This document shows, one piece after another, positions 8,146-16,503 of a DNA stretch of 33,261 nucleotides (its first letter is position 1; every line of letters starts with the position of its first letter). The stretch covers positions 1 through 33,261 of the forward strand of contig CAZQXY010000003.1 of the NCBI GenBank assembly GCA_964597455.1. Reading direction: 5' to 3'. The DNA is from an uncultured Desulfovibrionaceae bacterium. GTDB lineage: Bacteria > Bacillota > Dethiobacteria > DTU022 > UBA8154. A model generated the notes under the pieces. It saw only the letters and a list, made by a program, of their open reading frames with translations. It made no database searches and was not told the DNA's origin. Both the position numbers and the translations under genes were made by a program.

Positions 8146-8886
8146 TTATGCATTCGGTTCAGCGCTATTTCTGTTCATTAACTTTTTAAAAAAAGAGTTA
8201 ACCAGTTTCTGGTATTCGGTAGGCGTCATAGTTTCTTCGGAAATTTTTTGCATCGTTGCAGAGGATATTAGTCCGTTTACTGCAAATTCTTCCCCTGCTT
8301 TTTTAACAAGCTCGTATTTTTCAAGATAAGCGTCACGAACAAAACCCAGAGAACTGGCAGGCACAAGAATCTCTCCCCCCAAATCCCAGGCGAAGTTTTT
8401 GCATATTGCCGTAAAATGATTGCGGATTTGATCAAAATTATCCCTTTCGGAAAAACCACAGGTAGAGACAAGCAACGCTGTTTGCTCGCGGGGCTTAAAC
8501 CTCCGGTGGCGGCAGTGTCCTTCCTTATCGTTTACTATGAAGGGGTCGAACATGGAAAAGCACCTATCCAGGACTGCTTTTACCGGAGTGCTAAAACCGA
8601 ATACATAAACAGGGCTGGCCAGGATTATTACATCTGCATCTTCAATTTCCGGCTTGAGAAGTTTCATATCATCTTCAACAGCACACTGTCCGGGAGTTTT
8701 AAACCAGCATGCCATGCAGGCTTTACAATAATGAATATTCATTTTATACGGATAGAATATTTTGAAATCGGCAGGATTAATTCCCTCTATGAATAGGTTC
8801 AAGATCTTTTCAGTAAATGATTTTTTATCTGGAAAACCGGATCTCGGCGAACCGCTTATAGCTACTACTTTTTTGGAAAACGTCAT
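8146..8886 (-). CDS. Flavodoxin-fold NADPH-dependent FMN reductase-like protein with an ISF-type cysteine cluster (iron-sulfur flavoprotein)
   Basis: Track ORF 8146..8895. N-terminus KVVAISGSPRSG is the FMN-reductase fold signature. The compact motif C-KA-C-MA-C-WFKTPGQ-C (CX2CX2CX7C) matches iron-sulfur flavoproteins. Preferred start is the ATG at 8886, 9 nt after GGAGGGGG. Confidence 0.7.
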   Translation of the reverse strand: MTFSKKVVAISGSPRSGFPDKKSFTEKILNLFIEGINPADFKIFYPYKMNIHYCKACMACWFKTPGQCAVEDDMKLLKPEIEDADVIILASPVYVFGFSTPVKAVLDRCFSMFDPFIVNDKEGHCRHRRFKPREQTALLVSTCGFSERDNFDQIRNHFTAICKNFAWDLGGEILVPASSLGFVRDAYLEKYELVKKAGEEFAVNGLISSATMQKISEETMTPTEYQKLVNSFFKKLMNRNSAEPNA

Positions 8887-9365
8887 AAGAAACATCCCCC
8901 TCCATTGATATTTCTTAATTTATACTATACCTTTTGTTTTGTATATCTTCTCTAAAAAGAGACTGTTTCCTGCTAAAAAAAATATCAAACCAAATTATTA
9001 ATATTTGCTACAATAATATTTAAATTAGAGAATTGAAACTTTTTAAACTTTTTATAGAAGTCGAATATTTTAGGCAGGAAATAAAAAATTATTGTTGAAG
9101 TAATTAATAATTAATAATAGTAAAAAGCTTTACCGGATTAATGTACCGCCATAGGAAATGCATTCTGATAGGGAGGTGTATACTGCTATCTTTTAATAAT
9201 TATAAGTAGGATGGTATGACGGTTATTGTTTTTATTGTCAGTTTCATTAATGTGTTGTGCACATAAAGTAAAACAGCAGCATGGGTGCCTCTATCAAGCC
9301 TTAATGATGGGGGTGTCTTTATGTGTTAATGAATTCCCAATTATTGAGAAGGAGGAAAATAAATC

Positions 9366-10952
9366 ATGACCGTCAGTAAATGGATGCATGCTGGAACAGT
9401 CTTAAAGATGAATGCCTCAAATTATCCTGATAAATTAGGCTGCCAGGATAAATTCAAGAGTTTTACCTTTAAAGAATGGAATGAACGGGCTTGCAGGCTG
9501 ACCAACGCATTATCGGAAGCGGGTGTCGGTTACGGTGAGCGGGTGGCCATACTCGCTTATAACCGCGTAGAATGGATGGAAATGTACGCCGGGTGCGCAA
9601 AGGGCGGGCAGATAGCCGTTCCGATTATGTTTCGGCTGGCTCCGGTTGATATTGAATATATCATCAACCACTCCGCAAGCAAAATAATTATTGTTGAAGA
9701 GCCTTTTATAGAAAGCATTAACAGCATACGGGATAAGCTTAAATCAATACCCCGGGATAATTTTATTTTCCTGGGAGAGGGAAAGGCTCCGGAAGGTTAT
9801 ATCCATTATAACGATTTTCTTAACCGGGGCAAACCTGCGGAACCGGATGTGATCGTAGACGCTAATGATCCGTGGACCATTATGTATACCTCCGGAACAA
9901 CAGGTAAACCAAAAGGAGTCGTAAGAAACCACGAAAGTTTTCTCGGGCAGTATTTCCTTAGTAATATGAGTATGGGCGTAAGACCGACAGATAAATCCAT
10001 GCTGGTAATGCCGATGTGTCATGTTAATTCCATCTATTATTCATTCGCCTATACTTACGTCACAGCGCCCATCATGGTGTATAATATGATAAGTTTTGAC
10101 GCTGAGGATCTTTTAAAAACAATATCTGATTATAAAATCACGTTCACCTCTCTGGTCCCGACCCATTATATTATGATCCTTGCGTTGCCTGATGAAATCA
10201 AACAAAAGTATGATGTTTCCAATGTCCGGCAGCTGCTTATATCCTCTGCTCCGGCAAGGAAGGACTTAAAGTTGGCCATTATGGACTACTTTAAATCGGT
10301 AGAGCTCTGGGAGGCCTATGGCTCTACAGAAGCGGCTCTTATAACGCTTTTGCGGCCGGAAGACCAGTTAACTCATCTTGGTTCGATAGGGAAAGAGATT
10401 TTTGGCATTGACAGAATTAAACTGCTTGATGAAGATGGAAATGAGGTACCGCAGGGAGAGGTAGGAGAACTATATTCCAGGTCCCCCGGAACATTCCAAA
10501 GGTACTGGGACGACCCTGAAAAAACCAAAGAGGTATTCCTCGGGGAATGGTGCACCGCAGGTGATATGGCTAAGAAAGATGAAAGTGGCTATTATTATCT
10601 GGTGGATAGAAAGAAAAACATGATTATTACAGGAGGCGAAAATGTTTATCCTTCTGAGGTGGAAAACGTCATTGGGGCACATCCGGCAGTGAAAGATGTA
10701 GCGGTAATCGGAGTCCCGGATGAAAAATGGGGCGAATCGGTTAACGCAATTATTATTTTACACCAGAATTACCAGCCTGGAGAAGAAATGAAGAAAGAAA
10801 TAATGGAATTTACTAAAGGCAAGGTGGCAGGTTTTAAACGCCCCAAAGATATCCATTTTATTTCCGATGAGGAAATGCCGCGAACGGGCACAGGCAAAAT
10901 ACTGCATCGCGTCTTGCGGGAACAGTTTGGCAAATGGAGCGATATGAATTAA
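9366..10952 (+). CDS. AMP-forming acyl-CoA/aryl-CoA ligase (adenylate-forming class I)
   Basis: 528 aa. Motifs: YTSGTTGKPKGV, EAYGSTE, GDMAKKDESGYYYLVDRKKNMIITGGENVYPSEVE, and a C-terminal catalytic Lys in TGTGKI. AAGGAGG lies 10 nt upstream. This is the only plus-strand gene. Confidence 0.85.
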   Translation: MTVSKWMHAGTVLKMNASNYPDKLGCQDKFKSFTFKEWNERACRLTNALSEAGVGYGERVAILAYNRVEWMEMYAGCAKGGQIAVPIMFRLAPVDIEYIINHSASKIIIVEEPFIESINSIRDKLKSIPRDNFIFLGEGKAPEGYIHYNDFLNRGKPAEPDVIVDANDPWTIMYTSGTTGKPKGVVRNHESFLGQYFLSNMSMGVRPTDKSMLVMPMCHVNSIYYSFAYTYVTAPIMVYNMISFDAEDLLKTISDYKITFTSLVPTHYIMILALPDEIKQKYDVSNVRQLLISSAPARKDLKLAIMDYFKSVELWEAYGSTEAALITLLRPEDQLTHLGSIGKEIFGIDRIKLLDEDGNEVPQGEVGELYSRSPGTFQRYWDDPEKTKEVFLGEWCTAGDMAKKDESGYYYLVDRKKNMIITGGENVYPSEVENVIGAHPAVKDVAVIGVPDEKWGESVNAIIILHQNYQPGEEMKKEIMEFTKGKVAGFKRPKDIHFISDEEMPRTGTGKILHRVLREQFGKWSDMN

Positions 10953-11006
10953 GTAAGTTTTTAAGTATGTTTTAATCATTTTTATTTTTATAATAACAGA
11001 AATATT

Positions 11007-11042
11007 ATGACTCTACCGGGCGCAAAAATCCGGTAGAGTCAT
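11007..11042. terminator. Bidirectional hairpin between the two convergent CoA-ligase genes
   Basis: 13-bp perfect stem ATGACTCTACCGG/CCGGTAGAGTCAT with a 10-nt loop. It sits 55 nt after the plus-strand stop and 74 nt after the minus-strand stop. The flanking U-tracts are weak. Confidence 0.55.
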
Positions 11043-11115
11043 ATTGTACGCTGATGCTTTGTCTTTCATTTGCCAAGGCACAGCTAATATTTATTAAATT
11101 TAACAGGTTCTGCAA

Positions 11116-12696
11116 TTAACCGGCGCTTGATTGTGAAGGGTCAATATATTTTTTGCGCATTAAGGGCTTGTTAATTTTTCCTGTTACGTTGCGCAAGACA
11201 CTATCAAAGACAATTTTCTCAGGCCATTTATACTTGGCCAACCCCTGCTGTGAACAAAATTCAACGACTTCTTTTTCGGTCATCGTTTCCCCGGGGTATA
11301 ACTGAACTATCGCCATGGTTATTTCCACCAGTCTTTCATGAGGGTAACCTATTACGGCTACATCAGCAATTTTTGAATTTCTGCGCAGCACATCTTCAAT
11401 CTCAACCGGGAATATGTTTTCTCCCCCTCTGATAATGAGATCTTTCTTTCTGTCCGCAATATAAATATAGCCGTCCTCATCCATTTTAACCAGGTCACCG
11501 GTGTAGAGCCAGCCATCAACAAGCGTTTTAGCTGTCATTTCAGGGTTTCTAAAGTATTCTTTCATGTTTCTTGGGCCTTTTAGGAGCAGCTCACCTACTT
11601 CACCAACAGGAACATCCTTTCCGTATTCATCAACTACTCTCGTTTCAACATTATAAGTACCTTTGCCAATTGAACCGGGTCTGTCTAATACATCTTCGTC
11701 GTACAAGTTTAATGTGCCTCCGCCACCGCCTTCAGTGATGCCATAAATATTGCCTGTTTTAAAGGGAATAAACTCTCTCATGTCTTTATACAGTGAAGAA
11801 GGTACAGGTTGCGCTCCGATTACAATACCTCCGATTACATGGGAAAAGTCGTATTCGCCCATATCAATCGCACCTTTTTTAACGGCATTTACCGTGTCGG
11901 ACATGGTGGGCACCGTAACCCAACCATGGGTAACTTTCTCCTGATAAATGGTATCCAATAAATAGCGCGGGTCATTTAATTCTAAAAGAATAACAATCTT
12001 GCCACCGGCCAGGTAGGAGGGAAATGAGAGAAAAAAGCTCCCGCTATGATAAAAGGGGTGGGGCGCCAGATAAACCGTCTCGTGGCCTTCACCATAGGTT
12101 AGCGCATCGCCAATACCTATTTGGTAAAGAGTATCGTGTGCCTGGCAAACAGGCTTAGGGGGTCCGGTTGTCCCGGAGGTAAACATCAACTCTGCCGGGT
12201 CCCCCCAGTCGGTATCAACGATAATATCCTCGGAAGAAGAGCTTTCCATTATCTCGTTATATGAAACCATATTATCCGGGATATTCTCACCAAGACAAAT
12301 ATAAGAACTGACGCTGCTTAGTTCACCTTCTATGGGTTGAACCTTGGGAAGAAAGCCTTCTCCAAAAATAAAAACCTTTGGATTGCAGGCATCCGCTGCA
12401 TATTTGATATCCGTGGGAGCAAACCGGAAATTCAAAGGTACGGCAACAGCGCCTACCCTTAAAATAGCATGATAAGTTACAATCCATTCCATGCTGTTCA
12501 TTTGCAAATGAAGGATATAATCACCCTTTTGCACACCGAGTTTATTTTTCAAATAATTGGCAACTTTATTGGTTTGTTCGTTAAATTCTTTCCAGGTTAA
12601 AGAACGCCTCAATTTTTTTGATGGTGTGAGCTCAATAAGAAACTCCTGCTGCGGGTACTTCTTCGCATTTATGATACCGTAATAAGCAAAATTCAT
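11116..12696 (-). CDS. AMP-forming acyl-CoA/aryl-CoA ligase, last gene of the 2-hydroxyacid/ior operon
   Basis: 526 aa. Motifs: FTSGTTGPPKPV (P-loop variant), YGITEGGGGGT, GDLVKMDEDGYIYIADRKKDLIIRGGENIFPVEIE, VTGKINK. AGGAGG lies upstream of the ATG at 12696. Confidence 0.85.
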   Translation of the reverse strand: MNFAYYGIINAKKYPQQEFLIELTPSKKLRRSLTWKEFNEQTNKVANYLKNKLGVQKGDYILHLQMNSMEWIVTYHAILRVGAVAVPLNFRFAPTDIKYAADACNPKVFIFGEGFLPKVQPIEGELSSVSSYICLGENIPDNMVSYNEIMESSSSEDIIVDTDWGDPAELMFTSGTTGPPKPVCQAHDTLYQIGIGDALTYGEGHETVYLAPHPFYHSGSFFLSFPSYLAGGKIVILLELNDPRYLLDTIYQEKVTHGWVTVPTMSDTVNAVKKGAIDMGEYDFSHVIGGIVIGAQPVPSSLYKDMREFIPFKTGNIYGITEGGGGGTLNLYDEDVLDRPGSIGKGTYNVETRVVDEYGKDVPVGEVGELLLKGPRNMKEYFRNPEMTAKTLVDGWLYTGDLVKMDEDGYIYIADRKKDLIIRGGENIFPVEIEDVLRRNSKIADVAVIGYPHERLVEITMAIVQLYPGETMTEKEVVEFCSQQGLAKYKWPEKIVFDSVLRNVTGKINKPLMRKKYIDPSQSSAG

Positions 12697-12765
12697 CTGA
12701 TAATCGCCTCCTAGATTGCTAATTTATTTAATTCTCAACTTTCATAATTCTCAGAGCCGGATGGC

Positions 12766-12834
12766 GACAGCGCTGCAGAGGAGCTCAGGCTCAAATGCTC
12801 CGGTACTTTCCCTGAGCACCAACTGCAAGCTGTC
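12766..12834 (-). other. GC-rich imperfect long hairpin in the iorB-ligase intergenic spacer (candidate structured RNA or processing/attenuation element)
   Basis: The minus-strand RNA reads GACAGC-UUGCAG-uuggu-GCUCAGG-[21 nt]-CCUGAGC-uccu-CUGCAG-c-GCUGUC. That gives three nested helices of about 19 bp in total. The element is about 60% GC in an otherwise AT-rich spacer, and no U-tract follows it. Confidence 0.35.
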
Positions 12835-12871
12835 AACCCGCTATCTGGAAAATACGCGGCTTATAAATTAA

Positions 12872-13459
12872 TCAAGCCGTTTGCATTTGTCTGCCTGCCT
12901 CAAAGGCTTTAATGTTTAAATCCACAAACTTGTCGGGCACCATACGCTTAATAACATTAAGCCAGGCGCTCTCTTCACCGCCAACCAGGCTGGAAAGGAC
13001 ACCGAGCAGAACTACACCAACAACTGCCGGATTGCCGAGTTCTTTGGCTTTTTCGGTAGCATTAACCCAAAACACTCTGGAAGCAGCACTCTTTAGCAGG
13101 GAATCCAGATCCTCTTCCCGGGGGTAACTGGCTTTCCCCAGGTTTACAGACGGAGGCGGAATGCGATAACGATTTACGATAATAGCAGCATCTTTATTAA
13201 TAAAAGCCGGCCATCTTCCCGCTTCGAGCATTTCAAAACCAAGCAGGTAATCCACATCTCCCTGAATGGCCACAGGTGCATAGACCTTATCCCCCCAACG
13301 TACATGGCTTTCCACTGTACCGCCACGCTGGGCCATCCCATGAACTTCCGCCTTCTTAACATCATAACCCAACTCCAGGCCCACTTCCGCCAGAATATTG
13401 CTGGCCAGAATAGTACCCTGTCCGCCAACACCGGCCATCAAGAAATCAATTTTTTCCAA
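12872..13459 (-). CDS. iorB: Indolepyruvate/arylpyruvate:ferredoxin oxidoreductase, beta subunit
   Basis: 195 aa. Starts ...MAGVGGQGTILASNILAE..., the pyruvate/ketoisovalerate oxidoreductase gamma-type domain. It lies immediately downstream of iorA. Confidence 0.85.
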   Translation of the reverse strand: MEKIDFLMAGVGGQGTILASNILAEVGLELGYDVKKAEVHGMAQRGGTVESHVRWGDKVYAPVAIQGDVDYLLGFEMLEAGRWPAFINKDAAIIVNRYRIPPPSVNLGKASYPREEDLDSLLKSAASRVFWVNATEKAKELGNPAVVGVVLLGVLSSLVGGEESAWLNVIKRMVPDKFVDLNIKAFEAGRQMQTA

Positions 13460-13498
13460 CTGCCAGCCTCCTCTCTTATCAGATCATCTTGTTGTTTA

Positions 13499-15259
13499 TT
13501 ATACTTCCTGAACGATAGCCTCTACAGGACAAACCTGAACGCAAAGTCCACAGCCGTTGCAAAGCAATGGATCTATACTTACATTATCCTCTTCCTGCAT
13601 GAGAGGCGAACACCCCAGATCCAGGCAGGTCCCACAGTTGGTGCACTCATCAGCATTTACCTGGGGAGGGGTACGTTTTTCCTTAGTGTAAAGGACGCAA
13701 GGCCGCTTGGAGATAATTACCGAAGGCTTTCCGTTATTAAGGTGATCTTCCAGTACCCCCTCGAATTTCTCCAGGTCATACGGATCAACCACATCTACCA
13801 GATTATAACCTATGCTGCGCACCAGTTTTTCCAGATCTACCGCATTGGTTGTTTTTTTCTGCAAGGTAATACCTGTTCCCGGATGTTGCTGGTGTCCTGT
13901 CATGGCCGTTACACTATTATCTGCAATAATAGTTGTAACATTGCTCTCATTGTAGAGCACATTTATCAGGGGATGAATACCCGAATGGAAAAAAGTAGAA
14001 TCACCGATGACGGCTACAATACGGTCCTTTACCCCTGCTTTTGCCACCCCATGAGCCACTCCGATACTTGCCCCCATACATCCGCACGTATGCATCGCGC
14101 TAAGGGGGGGCGCAAAGCCTAGGGTATAACATCCGATATCACCGAGCACTAAAACGCCGGCCTCCCTGAGAACATGGAACATACCGCGATGGCCGCAACC
14201 CGGGCAGAGCATTGGCGGCCGTACAGGAAGCTCGACAGCGGGGGCAGTTGCCGCTGCTTCCGCTTCAACCGCCGGCGCATCAATCAGCCCCGCGTCAAGA
14301 GCGCACTGATGGATCAAGAAAGGGCTAAATTCACCGATCATGGGGAAAATATCCTTTCCTTTTACTTCTATCCCCAATAAACGGAGATGCTCTTCAAAAA
14401 AGGGATCCAGTTCCTCAATTACTACCACGGTTTTTACCCTGGAAGCAAATTCTTTAATGAGTTTTTGCGGCAGGGGATAAACCATGCCCAGCTTGAGAAA
14501 GGTAGCGTTTGGAAAGACCTCACGCGCATACTGGTAAACTGAGCCGGCTGCAACAATCCCCAGGGAATCATCTCCCGGTTCAATGCGGTTAATGTCAAGC
14601 GTCTCAGCATAATCGGCCAGTTTAATAATCTTCTCCTCTATCACTGGATGACGGTGACGGGCATTGGCAGGAACCATCACACATTTTAAAGGAGCACGTT
14701 CATAATACGGAAGGTCCTCCGGAGGCGGCGGAGGGCCGTTTTCCGAGATCTCTACCGGCGAAGAAGAATGAGAGATCCGCGTAACGGTCCGTACCATAAC
14801 CGGCGTATCAAAGGCCTCGCTCATTTCCAGCGCAATACCCATAAACTGCTTACATTCCTCGCTGTCGGACGGCTCGAGCATTGGAAGCTTAGCAAATTTG
14901 GCATAGTTTCGATTGTCCTGTTCGTTTTGGGAACTGTGCATGCCCGGGTCATCCGAACAGGCGATAACAAGCCCTCCTTTCAACCCGGTATAGACGGCAT
15001 AAAAAAGTGAATCGGCAGCAACGTTAAGCCCCACATGCTTCATTGCAACCATAGCCCTGCTGCCTGCATATGCTGCGCCAATACCCACGTCCATAGCAAC
15101 TTTCTCGTTAGGGGCCCACTCGGCTAAAACCCCCGGGTACCTGGCGAAGTTTTCCATTATCTCTGTGCTGGGCGTCCCCGGATAGGCGGCCCCTACCCGT
15201 ACCCCGCTGAGATAAGCACCATAGGCCAGGGCCTCATTTCCTGTCATTAGTTTTTTCAA
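13499..15259 (-). CDS. iorA: Indolepyruvate/arylpyruvate:ferredoxin oxidoreductase, alpha subunit
   Basis: 586 aa. N-terminus KKLMTGNEALAYGAY...YPGTPSTEI. TPP motif IGDSTFFHSG...N. Two C-terminal ferredoxin-type clusters (CTNCGTC..., CNGCGLCVQVCP). TTG start, 9 nt after AGGAGG. Confidence 0.9.
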   Translation of the reverse strand: MKKLMTGNEALAYGAYLSGVRVGAAYPGTPSTEIMENFARYPGVLAEWAPNEKVAMDVGIGAAYAGSRAMVAMKHVGLNVAADSLFYAVYTGLKGGLVIACSDDPGMHSSQNEQDNRNYAKFAKLPMLEPSDSEECKQFMGIALEMSEAFDTPVMVRTVTRISHSSSPVEISENGPPPPPEDLPYYERAPLKCVMVPANARHRHPVIEEKIIKLADYAETLDINRIEPGDDSLGIVAAGSVYQYAREVFPNATFLKLGMVYPLPQKLIKEFASRVKTVVVIEELDPFFEEHLRLLGIEVKGKDIFPMIGEFSPFLIHQCALDAGLIDAPAVEAEAAATAPAVELPVRPPMLCPGCGHRGMFHVLREAGVLVLGDIGCYTLGFAPPLSAMHTCGCMGASIGVAHGVAKAGVKDRIVAVIGDSTFFHSGIHPLINVLYNESNVTTIIADNSVTAMTGHQQHPGTGITLQKKTTNAVDLEKLVRSIGYNLVDVVDPYDLEKFEGVLEDHLNNGKPSVIISKRPCVLYTKEKRTPPQVNADECTNCGTCLDLGCSPLMQEEDNVSIDPLLCNGCGLCVQVCPVEAIVQEV

Positions 15260-15294
15260 TGTTTTATTCCTCCTTTCTTCTAGCTACTGGAATT

Positions 15295-16503
15295 TCATTG
15301 GGATGATGAAGCCAATTGTTCAAAAAATGGTTCCAACCTGGCGAGAAATTGGGCCTCAGAGAAAAAGCGCAAATCGGACATATCAGCATCAAAAACCACC
15401 CCCGGAAGGCCGGTTCTCTCGCTTAAAACGCTGCGTTTGTCATAAAGGCCCAGGGAGGTCGATTTACAGCTGCGGTTTGAGAAAAGCACAAAACCGTCAA
15501 CACCGTACTTTTGGAAAAAATTCATTTTCAACTGCAATCTGTATTCAAAAGAACGGTTGACAAACCCCGCAGTATAGTTTTCCGCCAGGCTTTCAAGTGG
15601 GCGCTTTAGATCAAAAGAATAAGCCCACGAATGGGTATATTGAGAAACAGCTACCAGAGAATTATGGTCTGCAAACAGCTCGGAAAACCAGCGCAATTTT
15701 GGCCAGAGGGGTATATGGTCAAAATAGATTTTATAGCGTTCGCCGGGTATGGCAGTTATTCCTTCTTTTATTCTCCCATCAACCTCCTCCTTGAGCGCCT
15801 GGTAATATTCTACCGCCTCACGTGTGCCACGCATGGTAACAATAGGGGCCATGTGAAAACAGGCATCAAAAAAGCCGAAAGGAGCGGGTTTCATGGCAGC
15901 GGTATCAAGAATCTCATTCCAAAGCCTGCAGGCCTCATTGGCATAATGCAGTACCTCGATTAAACGATCATAATCGAAGGGTTCTGCCGTAATTTTTTCC
16001 ACAAAGGCGATCATCTCCTTGAGCTGATCTACATAATAACCGGTAACAAGCTCTTCGGGCTGATCCAGTATCTGGGGTGCATCGACCAGAAAATAAGGTA
16101 CATTATAATACCTGCCGGCTACTTCAAACCACTTCGCCAGGGAGCCGCACTGGGTATTGCAGCAAAATGTTACATCCGGCTGAAGAATTTCCCCGACCGG
16201 GTGCTCATCAGCATAGGCATCACCGATACCGCAGCGGGCATAACCACAAAGGTCGTGGGCATACCCTTTGGCTTCTGCATAAAGGGAGAGCTTATCCGCT
16301 ACCTTCCTTGCTGAAGCCAGCGCACCAAAGTTTTCCGGGTAATAGGGGAAAACCCCCGCCGCGTAGAGTATCTCTACCGGAAAGATTGCAGTCACCCAGG
16401 CGACTGGAATGCGTTTTTCTTTTGCATCAGCTCCTTTGGCATAATAATCTTGCATGATCTTTTTCATCCGGGCAGCTGTTTTAAAGACCTTTTTCTCAGA
16501 CAT
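15295..16503 (-). CDS. 2-hydroxyacyl-CoA dehydratase / benzoyl-CoA reductase family catalytic subunit (HgdA/FldB/BcrB-like)
   Basis: Track ORF 15295..16587. Preferred start is the ATG at 16503 (MSEKKVFK...), with GGGGGTGA 6 nt upstream. Family features: ...PVAWVTAIFPVEILYAAGVFPYYPEN..., DLCGYARCG, and a conserved C-terminal Cys (RSCKS). Confidence 0.8.
   Translation of the reverse strand: MSEKKVFKTAARMKKIMQDYYAKGADAKEKRIPVAWVTAIFPVEILYAAGVFPYYPENFGALASARKVADKLSLYAEAKGYAHDLCGYARCGIGDAYADEHPVGEILQPDVTFCCNTQCGSLAKWFEVAGRYYNVPYFLVDAPQILDQPEELVTGYYVDQLKEMIAFVEKITAEPFDYDRLIEVLHYANEACRLWNEILDTAAMKPAPFGFFDACFHMAPIVTMRGTREAVEYYQALKEEVDGRIKEGITAIPGERYKIYFDHIPLWPKLRWFSELFADHNSLVAVSQYTHSWAYSFDLKRPLESLAENYTAGFVNRSFEYRLQLKMNFFQKYGVDGFVLFSNRSCKSTSLGLYDKRSVLSERTGLPGVVFDADMSDLRFFSEAQFLARLEPFFEQLASSSQ

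Noticed and set aside
13304-14122. 272-aa plus-strand ORF; similar long antisense ORFs at 2747-3280, 7252-7614, 8416-8796, 16077-16457 and 17556-17912
   Set aside because: These lie entirely antisense to well-supported genes (iorA, degV, crotonase and others). Their composition is low-complexity and Pro/Ser/Arg-rich, and they have no SD. They are shadow ORFs.
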